Positions 1-8,853 of a stretch of 64,000 nt of DNA are shown piece by piece. The notes under the pieces were generated by a model. The model made no database searches. It saw only the letters and a program-made list of their open reading frames with translations, and was not told the origin of the DNA. Positions within the stretch are counted from its first letter, which is position 1. Every line of letters starts with the position of its first letter. This DNA is from a virus: the IMG/VR virus record IMGVR_UViG_3300006104_000013, positions 35,553-99,552 of that record; one strand, given 5' to 3'. The translations under genes were made by a program, and so were the position numbers.

Positions 1-135
1 CAAGTCCGTTCTGTTGGTGCCAATGTCACTGACGCACCGAAGGGACACTTCCGCCGGGCAGCCGCCCGCGTTAATTCTGACTTCCAGCAAGTCTCTCTTG
101 AAGGAACGTCGATGGCAGAAATCGCCGACGAATAG
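1..135 (+). CDS. 3' end of hypothetical phage protein (partial)
   Basis: Frame-1 open stretch QVRSVGANVTDAPKGHF...MAEIADE* ending TAG at 133-135; runs off the window edge. Confidence 0.55.
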   Translation, partial: QVRSVGANVTDAPKGHFRRAAARVNSDFQQVSLEGTSMAEIADE

Positions 136-154
136 CGCCAAAATAACAAAAGGC

Positions 155-183
155 TTGCCAGAACGGCGAGCCTTAGTTAATTT
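155..183 (+). promoter_or_regulatory. sigma70-type promoter for head operon
   Basis: TTGCCA-17 nt-TAATTT upstream of a structured leader and the capsid genes. Confidence 0.55.
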
Positions 184-338
184 GCAACGAAATATGTCCG
201 TAGAGCCTATGGACAATCGCCCGATCTGGACGCCCATGCTGGAGCGTTTGGGTCATTAAGCGGACGAGGCCCGTACCGCTAATCCAACCTACGTCGCGCA
301 GAGCCTGTGGCGGCCACGGTAGACCCAGAAGGTCAGCT

Positions 339-998
339 ATGGCAAACATTCTCGCGCCTTTCGGATTCATTCCGACGAAACGTGTTGATGGGGCTTCCTG
401 GAGCGGCAATATGTCCGTTCGCAAGATCGCCTACAATAACACCAACAAATTCTATAAGGGCGACATCGTCCTTACTCTCTCGACCGGATACATTACCTCG
501 GCCGCCGCTGCCTCGTGGACGTCCGCGACGACGACCCCGATCGCCGGTGTCTTCCAGGGTTGCAAATACTTCTCTTCCGCCCAGCAGAAGGTCGTGTGGT
601 CGCCGTACTTCCCCGGTGGTGACACTGTCACTGGCCTGGACGTTGAAGCTTATATCATCGACGATCCGAACGTCGTGTTCCTGGCCCAGACCGGTGGCCT
701 GTCGGGTTCCGCCATCGGCATCTCGGCCATTGGCAACAACGTGCAGATCAGCGTGTCTGTCGGCTCCGGAAACACTCTGAGCGGTATCTCCGGGTATGTT
801 GTTGACGAATCCAACGTCGGCACCACCTCGACCTACCCCTTCCGTGTGTACGATATCCCCAACGTGCAAACGTCTGGCGGGACCCCCGGAACTGCCGCTG
901 GCGCGATCGGCAATGGTTATGATCCGACGACAAAGTACAACTTTGTGCTGGTGACGCCGAATAACCATGAGCTCCGTGCTCCGATCACTGGCATTTAA
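339..998 (+). CDS. head decoration / minor capsid protein
   Basis: 219 aa, MAN.APFGF start, IAGVFQGC and AYIIDDPNVVF motifs typical of the gene preceding the capsid in this phage type. Confidence 0.65.
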   Translation: MANILAPFGFIPTKRVDGASWSGNMSVRKIAYNNTNKFYKGDIVLTLSTGYITSAAAASWTSATTTPIAGVFQGCKYFSSAQQKVVWSPYFPGGDTVTGLDVEAYIIDDPNVVFLAQTGGLSGSAIGISAIGNNVQISVSVGSGNTLSGISGYVVDESNVGTTSTYPFRVYDIPNVQTSGGTPGTAAGAIGNGYDPTTKYNFVLVTPNNHELRAPITGI

Positions 999-1014
999 TA
1001 GAGGAGATTGAACG

Positions 1015-1929
1015 ATGCCCGTTTCCTTATCCGCAATCGCCAATCTGCTCTATCCCGGCCTCCGGGAAGTGACTGGCAAATATAAACAAATCGGACGTCA
1101 GTACGACAAAATCTTCGACCACATGAAGTCGGATATGGCGTTGGAACGCACCAGCGAAGCCCGCTACCTGGGTTACGCTCAGTTGAAGAATGAAGGTGCT
1201 GCCACCGCATTCGACAACCAAGCCGGTGTGCGGTTCACCTACAACCAGGAACACATCGAAATCGCCTTGGGGTATGCGATTACCCGCAAGGCCATCGATG
1301 ACAACCTGTACAAGACGCAGTTCCAACCGTCGAACCTGGGCCTGATGGAATCCTTCAATCAGACCAAGGAAATCTACGGTGCCAACGTCCTGAACACTGC
1401 CAACGTCTATAATCAGGCGGTGGGCGGTGACGGCGTGGCCCTGTGCGCCCCCAACCACCAGGTTGATGGTTCGACCTACGCCAACACCCCCTCAGTGGCT
1501 GTTGACCTGAATGAATCGACTCTGCTGTCGGCGATGATCTCGATCCGTCGCAACTTCGTCGATCAGGCTGGTCTGAAGTTCTATGCCCGTGGCCGCAAGC
1601 TGATTGTGCCCCCGGAATTGGAACCGATTGCCATCCGTCTGTTGCAGACCGAATTGCGTCCCGGCACTGCCGATAATGACGTCAATGCGATCCGCGCCAC
1701 TGCTGGCGGCTTGACTGAAGGTTACATGGTCAACGACTTCCTGACCTCTCCCTACGCTTGGTTCCTGCTGACCAACGTCAAGGGTCTGGCCTACATGGAG
1801 CGGATGCCCTTTGAAACCGATATGCAAGTCGAGTTTACGACGGACAACCTGCTGGTGAAGGGTTATGAACGCTACTCGTTTGGCGCGTATAATCCGCGCG
1901 CCATCTACGGTAGTTTTCCGACCTCGTAA
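1015..1929 (+). CDS. major capsid protein (HK97 fold, Mu gpT-like family)
   Basis: 304 aa, strong RBS (GAGGAG), motifs ALGYAIT..AIDDNLY, KLIVPPEL, ERYSFG..NPRAIYGS. Confidence 0.9.
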   Translation: MPVSLSAIANLLYPGLREVTGKYKQIGRQYDKIFDHMKSDMALERTSEARYLGYAQLKNEGAATAFDNQAGVRFTYNQEHIEIALGYAITRKAIDDNLYKTQFQPSNLGLMESFNQTKEIYGANVLNTANVYNQAVGGDGVALCAPNHQVDGSTYANTPSVAVDLNESTLLSAMISIRRNFVDQAGLKFYARGRKLIVPPELEPIAIRLLQTELRPGTADNDVNAIRATAGGLTEGYMVNDFLTSPYAWFLLTNVKGLAYMERMPFETDMQVEFTTDNLLVKGYERYSFGAYNPRAIYGSFPTS

Positions 1930-1938
1930 GGCGATTAT

Positions 1939-1964
1939 CTGGGCTGCCCTTCGGGGTGGCCCAG
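1939..1964 (+). terminator. GC-rich C(UUCG)G hairpin after capsid gene (stabiliser or weak terminator)
   Basis: CTGGGCTGCCC-TTCG-GGGTGGCCCAG; no U-tract follows. Confidence 0.55.
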
Positions 1965-1993
1965 GTGGTACTCGTAATTAGAAGGAGCCTCAC

Positions 1994-3313
1994 ATGGCTG
2001 AGACTATTGAACGCGGCCCGGCAATCTCGCTAGGGGCTCTGACAGACGCCAATCTGGTTGTCATCAACGGCGTGGTTCAGACCAATGCCCAGATCCAACC
2101 CACTGACGGACCGTCCATTTCCTACCAGGGTGACGCCATCCCCGATGTGCGTGTGTTTCCTGCCAATAAGGACGGCCTGCAAACCGCCCGCATCCCCTGC
2201 TTTGTCAGTTCGCCCTACATCGTGATGGTCGATGCTATCCCGTCGGTGAGCTCGGCCAGCGGATCGAATACCGGCACTGTGGCTGCGGCCCAGGCGATTT
2301 CCTCGGCCGGTGGTGCCTTTACCTTGATTTCGACCCAGCCCAGTTGCTCCGCATCTGGTTCGGCCGCCCACGGTATTGTCCCGCTGATCCCCAAAGCCTA
2401 TCCGACCAGCTATACTGGGACGGTAGGAACCCCCATCAACGTCCTGGCGCTGGACTTCGGCTTCACCTACGGCACGACCACTGCTTCGAGCACCACCGTC
2501 ACGGTGGCCGACTCCTCGCTGTTCTATGTCGGCCAGTGGATCTGCATCGCCGGTGCCGGTAATTCGGCGACGACCTTGCCGCTGGTGACTCAAGTCACCG
2601 CGATTCCGACGTCCACCACGATCACCCTGGCGACCGCCGCTATCGGTGCCGTGACCCGCGCCCCCATCGGATCGACCAACTACAGTGGCCCATACCCGGC
2701 TGGATCTTCGGCCAACGCGGTGAATCCCTACTGGAACGGCGGAGTCGCCGGTCTGTTCAATCCGACCGAAGGCATCGCCCGTAACATCGCCGTCTATGCC
2801 GCAGCGAATGCCATCACCAACTCGGTGGTTATCAACGGCTATGACGTCTATGGCTACAAGATGACCGAAACCATCTCCTTCACCACGTCCGGCTCGGCCC
2901 AGACGGTGTATGGGAAGAAGGCTTTCAAGTACATCTACTCGGCGACTCTGACGAATGCCGACGGATCGCACAACGTCTCGCTGGGCGTCGGCGACGTCAT
3001 CGGGTACGCTCTGCGCATCGACAAGTGGGAATATTCCAACAACTTCTACAACGGCACGTTCACGACTGCTCAGACGGGATGGACCCAGGCTTACCAACCG
3101 ACCTCCGGCGCGTCCACGGCCACTTCGGCTGACGTTCGCGGAACGATCCAAGTAGGGTCTGCCGGTGGCGGTTCGCCCATCTCTGGCGGCGCGAACCTCG
3201 ATGGAACCAAGCGCATCGCTCTGATGATGACGGTCCCCTTGAGCAACTTGATCAATTGCACCCCCGCCGCACCTCAGTATATGTTCGGCACGGCGCAATA
3301 TTCCAATTTCTAA
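1994..3313 (+). CDS. virion structural protein
   Basis: 439 aa, T/S/A/G-rich; shares R.I...V.I.G.D.YG...ET segment with 3931..4563. Confidence 0.7.
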   Translation: MAETIERGPAISLGALTDANLVVINGVVQTNAQIQPTDGPSISYQGDAIPDVRVFPANKDGLQTARIPCFVSSPYIVMVDAIPSVSSASGSNTGTVAAAQAISSAGGAFTLISTQPSCSASGSAAHGIVPLIPKAYPTSYTGTVGTPINVLALDFGFTYGTTTASSTTVTVADSSLFYVGQWICIAGAGNSATTLPLVTQVTAIPTSTTITLATAAIGAVTRAPIGSTNYSGPYPAGSSANAVNPYWNGGVAGLFNPTEGIARNIAVYAAANAITNSVVINGYDVYGYKMTETISFTTSGSAQTVYGKKAFKYIYSATLTNADGSHNVSLGVGDVIGYALRIDKWEYSNNFYNGTFTTAQTGWTQAYQPTSGASTATSADVRGTIQVGSAGGGSPISGGANLDGTKRIALMMTVPLSNLINCTPAAPQYMFGTAQYSNF

Positions 3314-3327
3314 GCGAGGACTGACAA

Positions 3328-3714
3328 ATGGCTAAAGCAAAAGAAGGTGTGGTTGCCCACGACAAGCCCGGCAAGGCTTACAATGCCCAGGGCTCCAACG
3401 TCGAACACGAAGCGGAAGAAAAGGCCGAACGCAAGCGCGGCGGTCACTGCGAACGTGCCGAAGGTGGCGCTGCCGAAGAAGGCGCTGAAGAACGCGCCCA
3501 TGGCGGCGGTCTGGACGCCATGAAGAAGAAAAAGAAAAAGGAAGAAGGCAAGGCCGAGGGTGAACATAATCGCCCCCGCTTCGATCGCCCCGGCCGCAAG
3601 CGCGGCGGTGCCATCGGTGCCAACCTGACTCCCTTGTCCACGGCTGCCAAGATCACCCCGGCCGAAGGCCGTAAGGACGTCGATGGCGATCGTCTGGACG
3701 AAGAAGAAGGCTGA
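3328..3714 (+). CDS. small charged (putative internal head) protein with four RxxGG motifs
   Basis: RBS GAGGA; RKRGG, RAEGG, RAHGG, RKRGG; ends in TGA 3712-3714. Confidence 0.8.
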   Translation: MAKAKEGVVAHDKPGKAYNAQGSNVEHEAEEKAERKRGGHCERAEGGAAEEGAEERAHGGGLDAMKKKKKKEEGKAEGEHNRPRFDRPGRKRGGAIGANLTPLSTAAKITPAEGRKDVDGDRLDEEEG

Positions 3715-3927
3715 AGAGGCAGGGCGTCAGGCGGGCGTCTGACATCCTCCGAACGGAATGCCCTACCTGGAAAAGAGTTCGCTCTCCCAGGTAGGCGCTA
3801 CCCGATAGAGAATAAGAGCCATGCTCGCAACGCGCTCGCCAGAGTCAGCCAGCACGGCTCTCCAGAAGAAAAGGCCAAGGTCCGGGCCAAGGTTCACGCC
3901 AAATATCCGGACATCGGTGAGGAGTAG
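3715..3927 (+). CDS. in-frame extension of 3328..3714 (probable UGA readthrough); DUF6582-like domain
   Basis: 70 sense codons RGRASGGRLTSSERNALPGKEFALPGRRYPIENKSHARNALARVSQHGSPEEKAKVRAKVHAKYPDIGEE*; no ATG/GTG/TTG in frame; fills the gap to 3931. Confidence 0.7.
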   Translation, partial: RGRASGGRLTSSERNALPGKEFALPGRRYPIENKSHARNALARVSQHGSPEEKAKVRAKVHAKYPDIGEE

Positions 3928-3930
3928 AAG

Positions 3931-4563
3931 ATGATCCCTGCAAGCGTTTCCATCGTTTTGGCGGCTGGTGTCGCTGCCGGGATCGTCGCCTCGAACACCC
4001 CTGCCGGTGCTGGGAACCTGACCATCGTCAGCGGCAAATACACTGCCGATGCCCCGCGCCGCATTCTGATCACCTATGGCAATGAAGCCTCGAACCGGAC
4101 GGTGAAGATCACTGGAACCGATCGCTATGGCAACTCCTTGGTGGAAACCGTGACTGTGCCCCTTGGCGCTCCGGGATCCATCTACACTGCCAATGATTTT
4201 GCGACCGTTACTGTCGTGACCGTGGCTGGAGCCTGGACGACCAATATGACGGTCGGCACCAACAACGTCGGCTCGACTCCCTGGATCGTCCCCAGCCTGC
4301 TCATCACCCCACAGCAGATCGCTGTGGCAGGCGTGAACGTCAGCGGCACGGCGACATGGTCGGTCGAATATACCTATAACGACCCGAACAATCTGCCTTC
4401 GACTCTGACGACTCCGACGGTCTTTGCCCTGACTGCCTTGTCGGCGCAATCGGCAACGAAGGATGGTACGTTCGCGCAGCCGGTGGCCGCTTATCGCTTG
4501 ACCGTCACTTCCGGCCAAGGAACAGTTCGTCTGGATAGCCTGCAAGCTGGGCGTAACCAATAG
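3931..4563 (+). CDS. virion structural protein
   Basis: 210 aa beta-rich; paralogous segment with 1994..3313. Confidence 0.7.
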   Translation: MIPASVSIVLAAGVAAGIVASNTPAGAGNLTIVSGKYTADAPRRILITYGNEASNRTVKITGTDRYGNSLVETVTVPLGAPGSIYTANDFATVTVVTVAGAWTTNMTVGTNNVGSTPWIVPSLLITPQQIAVAGVNVSGTATWSVEYTYNDPNNLPSTLTTPTVFALTALSAQSATKDGTFAQPVAAYRLTVTSGQGTVRLDSLQAGRNQ

Positions 4564-4572
4564 GAGGGCGGG

Positions 4573-5766
4573 ATGGCCTCTCCATCTGGCACAACGACTT
4601 TCTCACCAGCGTTCTCGGATATCCTTCTGGATGTGTTCTCGCGCATCCAAATCCGCCCATCTGAAATCACCGCCGATCATATGTGGCAGGCAAAGATGTC
4701 GGCCAATCTCATGTTGGCCGAGTGGGAGGTCCGCAACGGCCCGAACCTCTGGAAGATGGAAGAGGTCACGGTCCCGCTGCAACAGGGCGTCTCGTCTTAT
4801 ACGCTGCCCTCCACCACGGTCGGGATCCTCGATTATTTCATCCGGCAGTACCAGCTCACCAACACCGCAAACATTCCGGTATCGCTGACCACGTCGGCGG
4901 GCTTCACCAATGTCACGGTGGTGTGGCCAAATCACGGTCTCGTGCCGTCGAGCTGGATTTCGTTTGTGACTCCGATATCGATCGGCGGCCTGACGATCTA
5001 TGGGACCTATCAGGTCCTGGCCGTCATCGACATCAACACCTTCATCATCACGTCGGTCTATGCGGCATCGACGTCTGTATCTGGCGGCGGCGCTGTTCCG
5101 GTCTTCACGTCGAGCTATGGATCGACGACGATCAATGTGAACTTCGCCAACCACGGCCTTGTCGCCGGGCAGACCTTTGCCATCGGTGTCGCAACCTCCG
5201 TCGGCGGCGTGCCGCTGTCCGGGGCCTACAACGTGGCCAGCGTCATCGACATCAACAATTTCACTATCGTTGCGGCCCAGGCCGGAGCATCAGCCACTGT
5301 CGCCGAGAATTCCGGCCTTGCCCAGATCCAGAGTCAGAGCGTTGCTGTCAGCCCGCTGGACAAGGTCATCAACCCGATTTCCCGGTCTGAGTATTCGGCA
5401 ATCCCGAATAAGACGGACCAGGGGTTCCCGACCAGCATCTGGTTCAATCGCCAGATTACGCCGGTGGTCAATCTCTGGTACGCCCCGGACTCCAACGGAC
5501 CTTACGTCCTGCATATGTGGTGCCTCGTCCAGACCAACGATATCACGACTCCGGGCGGTGTCGGCCTCGATGTGCCGTGGCGCTTCCTTGAAGCCTTTGC
5601 CCAGGGCATGGCCGCCAAGCTGGCGGTGAAATTCCCGCCCAAGGCCCCGAACACCATTGACCTCCAGATCAAATTGGCTGAACAATCTTGGTCGTTTGCA
5701 TCCCAGCAGGATACAGAGGGAGCCCCGATGTATGTGACTCCGATGCTGAACTCATATTTTAGGTGA
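4573..5766 (+). CDS. head-tail adaptor / tail tubular protein with two inserted beta domains
   Basis: N-term (SANLMLAEW..GPNLW) and C-term (ISRSEY..IPNK..QG.P, VPWRFLEA) adaptor motifs flank two NHGL-containing repeats. Confidence 0.65.
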   Translation: MASPSGTTTFSPAFSDILLDVFSRIQIRPSEITADHMWQAKMSANLMLAEWEVRNGPNLWKMEEVTVPLQQGVSSYTLPSTTVGILDYFIRQYQLTNTANIPVSLTTSAGFTNVTVVWPNHGLVPSSWISFVTPISIGGLTIYGTYQVLAVIDINTFIITSVYAASTSVSGGGAVPVFTSSYGSTTINVNFANHGLVAGQTFAIGVATSVGGVPLSGAYNVASVIDINNFTIVAAQAGASATVAENSGLAQIQSQSVAVSPLDKVINPISRSEYSAIPNKTDQGFPTSIWFNRQITPVVNLWYAPDSNGPYVLHMWCLVQTNDITTPGGVGLDVPWRFLEAFAQGMAAKLAVKFPPKAPNTIDLQIKLAEQSWSFASQQDTEGAPMYVTPMLNSYFR

Positions 5767-5767
5767 T

Positions 5768-6091
5768 GTGATGGCCTGGAGACCGCACGGAAAAGCACGG
5801 GTTAATGCGCGATCGCCATCGGCGTTTGCGATCTGTGACCGCTGTGGGTTTCTGCATAATCATTGCGATCTATCCTGGGAGTTCGACTGGCGCGGCCCAC
5901 AGCTTACTAATCTGCGCATCCTGGTGTGCAGGAAGTGTAAGGACCGGCCGCAAGAGCAGAACCGCCCGAAGATCACACCTCCAGATCCCGTGCCGATCCA
6001 GAACCCGCGTATCGAGCAGTACAGCTCAGATAATGTGGGGATTACCAGAATTCAGGCGTCGATCCCGCCGACTTACATTGAGGATGAATGA
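5768..6091 (+). CDS. small Zn-finger virion morphogenesis protein
   Basis: AICDRCG ... LVCRKC ... DPVPIQNPR. Confidence 0.7.
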   Translation: MMAWRPHGKARVNARSPSAFAICDRCGFLHNHCDLSWEFDWRGPQLTNLRILVCRKCKDRPQEQNRPKITPPDPVPIQNPRIEQYSSDNVGITRIQASIPPTYIEDE

Positions 6092-6813
6092 TGCAGTATT
6101 CCGACCTCGTCACAGCCCTCGTTGTCGAGCTGGCGATCTGCTCGACGTCAGACCCGGCGTTTTTGCCAGCCACCGCGACTCCGACTCCGGATGCGAACTT
6201 CAACGCCATCTTGCCACGGTGCATCGAGTACACCGAGAATCGTATCCAGCGCGACATCGACTTTGTCGATACGACCGTCTCGAAGACGGGGACGATGACG
6301 GCCAACACCCGGACTCTGACGCTGAACCCCGCCACCCAGGGGACGTTCATTGTTCCGCAGCAGCTTTGCGCCGTGGTGTCTGGTGCCCGCCAACCCCCGA
6401 TGACGTTTGTCACTCGCGAGTTTCTTGACGCGGCATGGCCCAGTGAAATCGGGACCGGAGTCCCGACATATTGGACCCTGGTTGGGCAAACCGATATCTT
6501 GGTCGGGCAGGCCCCGGATATGGCCTATGGCTATGAACTGACCGGATCCCAGCGCTTCATTCAGTTGTCCCTGACCAACCCGACGAATTTCATCTCCATA
6601 AACATGCCGGAATTATATCTGGCGGCCGCCATGGTCTTTATGACCGGGCACCAACGAGATTGGGGTGCGCAAGCCGATGACCCCAAGATGGCGATGTCCT
6701 GGGAGAACAATTACCAGACGCTCAAGGCAGGGACCAGCTCCGAGGAGATGCGGAAGATATTCCGTGGGGTCAACAATACGACAGACCTGCCGAGCCCGCT
6801 GTCACCGCCGTAA
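6088..6813 (+). CDS. head-tail adaptor-like protein
   Basis: 241 aa; E.RI.RD, G.P.YW, PD..Y, N..S...PELYL.AA pattern; position. Confidence 0.6.
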   Translation: MMQYSDLVTALVVELAICSTSDPAFLPATATPTPDANFNAILPRCIEYTENRIQRDIDFVDTTVSKTGTMTANTRTLTLNPATQGTFIVPQQLCAVVSGARQPPMTFVTREFLDAAWPSEIGTGVPTYWTLVGQTDILVGQAPDMAYGYELTGSQRFIQLSLTNPTNFISINMPELYLAAAMVFMTGHQRDWGAQADDPKMAMSWENNYQTLKAGTSSEEMRKIFRGVNNTTDLPSPLSPP

Positions 6814-6842
6814 TTGCACGACTCTGCGTTTTGTGTTTTATT
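6814..6842 (+). promoter_or_regulatory. sigma70-type promoter
   Basis: TTGCAC-17 nt-TTTATT in the intergenic gap. Confidence 0.45.
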
Positions 6843-6862
6843 GAGAGTCCGAAGGGGACGTC

Positions 6863-7516
6863 ATGCCACTTAAACCTGGAACATCGAACAAGGTCAAAAG
6901 CGATAATATCCGTGAGATGATCAATGCAGGTCATCCCAGGGATCAGTCGATCGCCGCCGCCATGCGCGAAGCTGACCAGAGTCGGAAGAAGCGTGCCGCC
7001 GGTGGATCGACACTGGCCCCCATGACCGCCGAGCCAGCCATCTTCGGATTGGTGAATTCCACAGTCCCGGGCCGGACGGATCGCCACAACACGACTCTTC
7101 CCCATGGATCATACGTCCTCCCCGCCGACATCGTCTCAGGCATGGGCGAGGGCAATACCATGGCTGGGGCAAAAGTTGTCCGGCAAATGTTTTCTACCGG
7201 GCCGCACGGCGTCCCGATAAACCACACCCAGCGACAGAATACGATCCCAGGCGCAGCATCAAACCCGATGGTGCGCCATCACTATGCGCAGGGTGGCGAA
7301 GGCAGCGGCGTTCCGTGTGTCATCGCTGGTGGTGAGTTCGTACTGACCCCGGAAGAGGTCGCCTACAGCCCGCGTGCCGGTGCTGGCGACCCGAACAAGC
7401 CGGAAGATTTCCAGAAGTATCTGGATCGTGGGCATAAGGTCTTGGATGCTTTCGTTGTTGCCCGCCGAAAGATGGACATCAAGACAATTTCAAAACTTCC
7501 CGGACCTGTAAAATAG
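6863..7516 (+). CDS. virion-associated protein with xxxGG motifs and G(S/E)(Y/F)V repeat
   Basis: N-term PLK.G.S...S.NI.EM...G.P..Q.IAAA; RAAGG, YAQGG; PGRTD...GSYVLPADIVS and IAGGEFVLTPEEV. Confidence 0.7.
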   Translation: MPLKPGTSNKVKSDNIREMINAGHPRDQSIAAAMREADQSRKKRAAGGSTLAPMTAEPAIFGLVNSTVPGRTDRHNTTLPHGSYVLPADIVSGMGEGNTMAGAKVVRQMFSTGPHGVPINHTQRQNTIPGAASNPMVRHHYAQGGEGSGVPCVIAGGEFVLTPEEVAYSPRAGAGDPNKPEDFQKYLDRGHKVLDAFVVARRKMDIKTISKLPGPVK

Positions 7517-7525
7517 GAGACTATC

Positions 7526-7774
7526 ATGGCGACGACGCCCGAAATTGAAGCCTTTGACGCTATTTTTGACCTGACCAATCCCCTGTTGCCCCCGATGTTC
7601 GTCGAAGGTTTGGCCATCGTGCGCGGCAATCTGCTGGAAAAGGCCCTGGCCGCCGCCAACCCGGCCCCTGTCGAATCCCCCGCCCCGGCTCCCGAGCCGA
7701 CTCCGGAGCCGACTCCCGAACCGGTCGTCGAGGCAGCCCCCGTCGAAGAGGCCGCCCCCGAAGCGGTGGCTTAA
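7526..7774 (+). CDS. hypothetical protein with Pro/Glu-rich tail
   Basis: RBS AGGAGA; PAPEPTPEPTPEP. Confidence 0.65.
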   Translation: MATTPEIEAFDAIFDLTNPLLPPMFVEGLAIVRGNLLEKALAAANPAPVESPAPAPEPTPEPTPEPVVEAAPVEEAAPEAVA

Positions 7775-7776
7775 TT

Positions 7777-8250
7777 ATGGCCGCAGTGGTTGACGTCGCC
7801 GACGCCAGCGACTGCGCCGAGGTCATCGACCTCCTGCGTATGAAGCATGGGGAAGATGGCCTGGGTCGTTTCAGTGAAGAACGCGCTCACGAATCAGTGG
7901 TTCGTGGCGCGGTCACGAAGAACATGGCCCGTATCGGCGTGATCCGTGGGAAGACCCGCATCGAGGCCACCGTCGGCCTTTTTGTCGATCGCCCCTTCGA
8001 CTCCATCGACCAGTATCTGTTTGACCGGTGGCTGTTCGTCCACCCCGATAACCGCCGGTCTGAACATGCCAAGGACCTGATCATCTGGTCAAAGAAGATC
8101 GCCCTGTGCCTGGGTGTCCCCCTGGTGCTGACCACCATCGTCAATCAGACGACGGCGAATAAGGCCAAGCTCTACGAGCGTCAGATGCCCGAGGGTGGCA
8201 AAATCTTCGTGTTCAATCCGATCCTTGAACTGCAAAGACAAACCGCTTAG
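7777..8250 (+). CDS. GNAT-fold protein
   Basis: LFDRWLFVHPDNRRS.HAK.LI motif A-like segment. Confidence 0.65.
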   Translation: MAAVVDVADASDCAEVIDLLRMKHGEDGLGRFSEERAHESVVRGAVTKNMARIGVIRGKTRIEATVGLFVDRPFDSIDQYLFDRWLFVHPDNRRSEHAKDLIIWSKKIALCLGVPLVLTTIVNQTTANKAKLYERQMPEGGKIFVFNPILELQRQTA

Positions 8251-8345
8251 TATCCGCAGTGACTTCCCGACGTGCCGTTGGGCTTTATATTTCGCCGGTT
8301 CCTTTACGAAGCTCGTGACCGAACTTAAACGCTGGGCGGGATTTG

Positions 8346-8852
8346 ATGCTTAACGGCACCGACTACCACTTCAAGACTCCGAAGCCTGACAACGTCCGCA
8401 TCGCTACGAAGCTGGACGAACCCGCTTTGTTTGACCTCTTGTGGAACGGTCTCCACGACTCCAACGACATGGGCTATGGCCGCTCTCACCGCAAGGTGTG
8501 GGAGCATATCAATGCGACCTGCCGTGGCGAGAAGGGGATTGCCGGAGTCATCTATGAAGGCCCCAAGATGGTGGCCAGCGTTGGCATCGTTGCATCCCAG
8601 TTTTGGTATTCGGACGTCTGGTTTCTGTCAGAGGTCTGGATGATTGTCCTCCCGGAATACCGGTCGAAGGGCTATGCCGATGATCTGTTCAATTTTGCCA
8701 AGTGGCACCGTGAGGACATGGAGCGGCTAACCGGTCAGGAATATGACCTGGAATGCTCTGTAATCAGTAACCGCCGTCTTGAGGCCAAGGAGCGTCTGTG
8801 GGCGACAAAGGGCCGGAAGATCGGCGCATCCTTTATGATCGATAGGGACTAA
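8346..8852 (+). CDS. GNAT-fold protein (paralogue)
   Basis: VRIAT..D, WYSD..LSEVWMIVLPEYRSKGYADDL. Confidence 0.7.
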   Translation: MLNGTDYHFKTPKPDNVRIATKLDEPALFDLLWNGLHDSNDMGYGRSHRKVWEHINATCRGEKGIAGVIYEGPKMVASVGIVASQFWYSDVWFLSEVWMIVLPEYRSKGYADDLFNFAKWHREDMERLTGQEYDLECSVISNRRLEAKERLWATKGRKIGASFMIDRD

Positions 8853-8853
8853 A

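Noticed and set aside
2030-3298. Long antisense ORFs (also 13707..15179, 22359..23333, 43491..44558, 43577..44578, 59130..60356)
   Set aside because: Shadows of GC-rich genes on the opposite strand; no motifs or RBS
3712-3748. Selenocysteine insertion (hairpin spacing resembles a bacterial SECIS)
   Set aside because: No redox-type context around the UGA and no Sec machinery in the window; the SECIS consensus is loose. Generic readthrough is preferred, though Sec is not strictly excluded
7680-7725. Short tandem repeats (also GTAAE repeats near 10330-10400)
   Set aside because: Ordinary low-complexity coding repeats; not CRISPR (no constant repeat-spacer periodicity)
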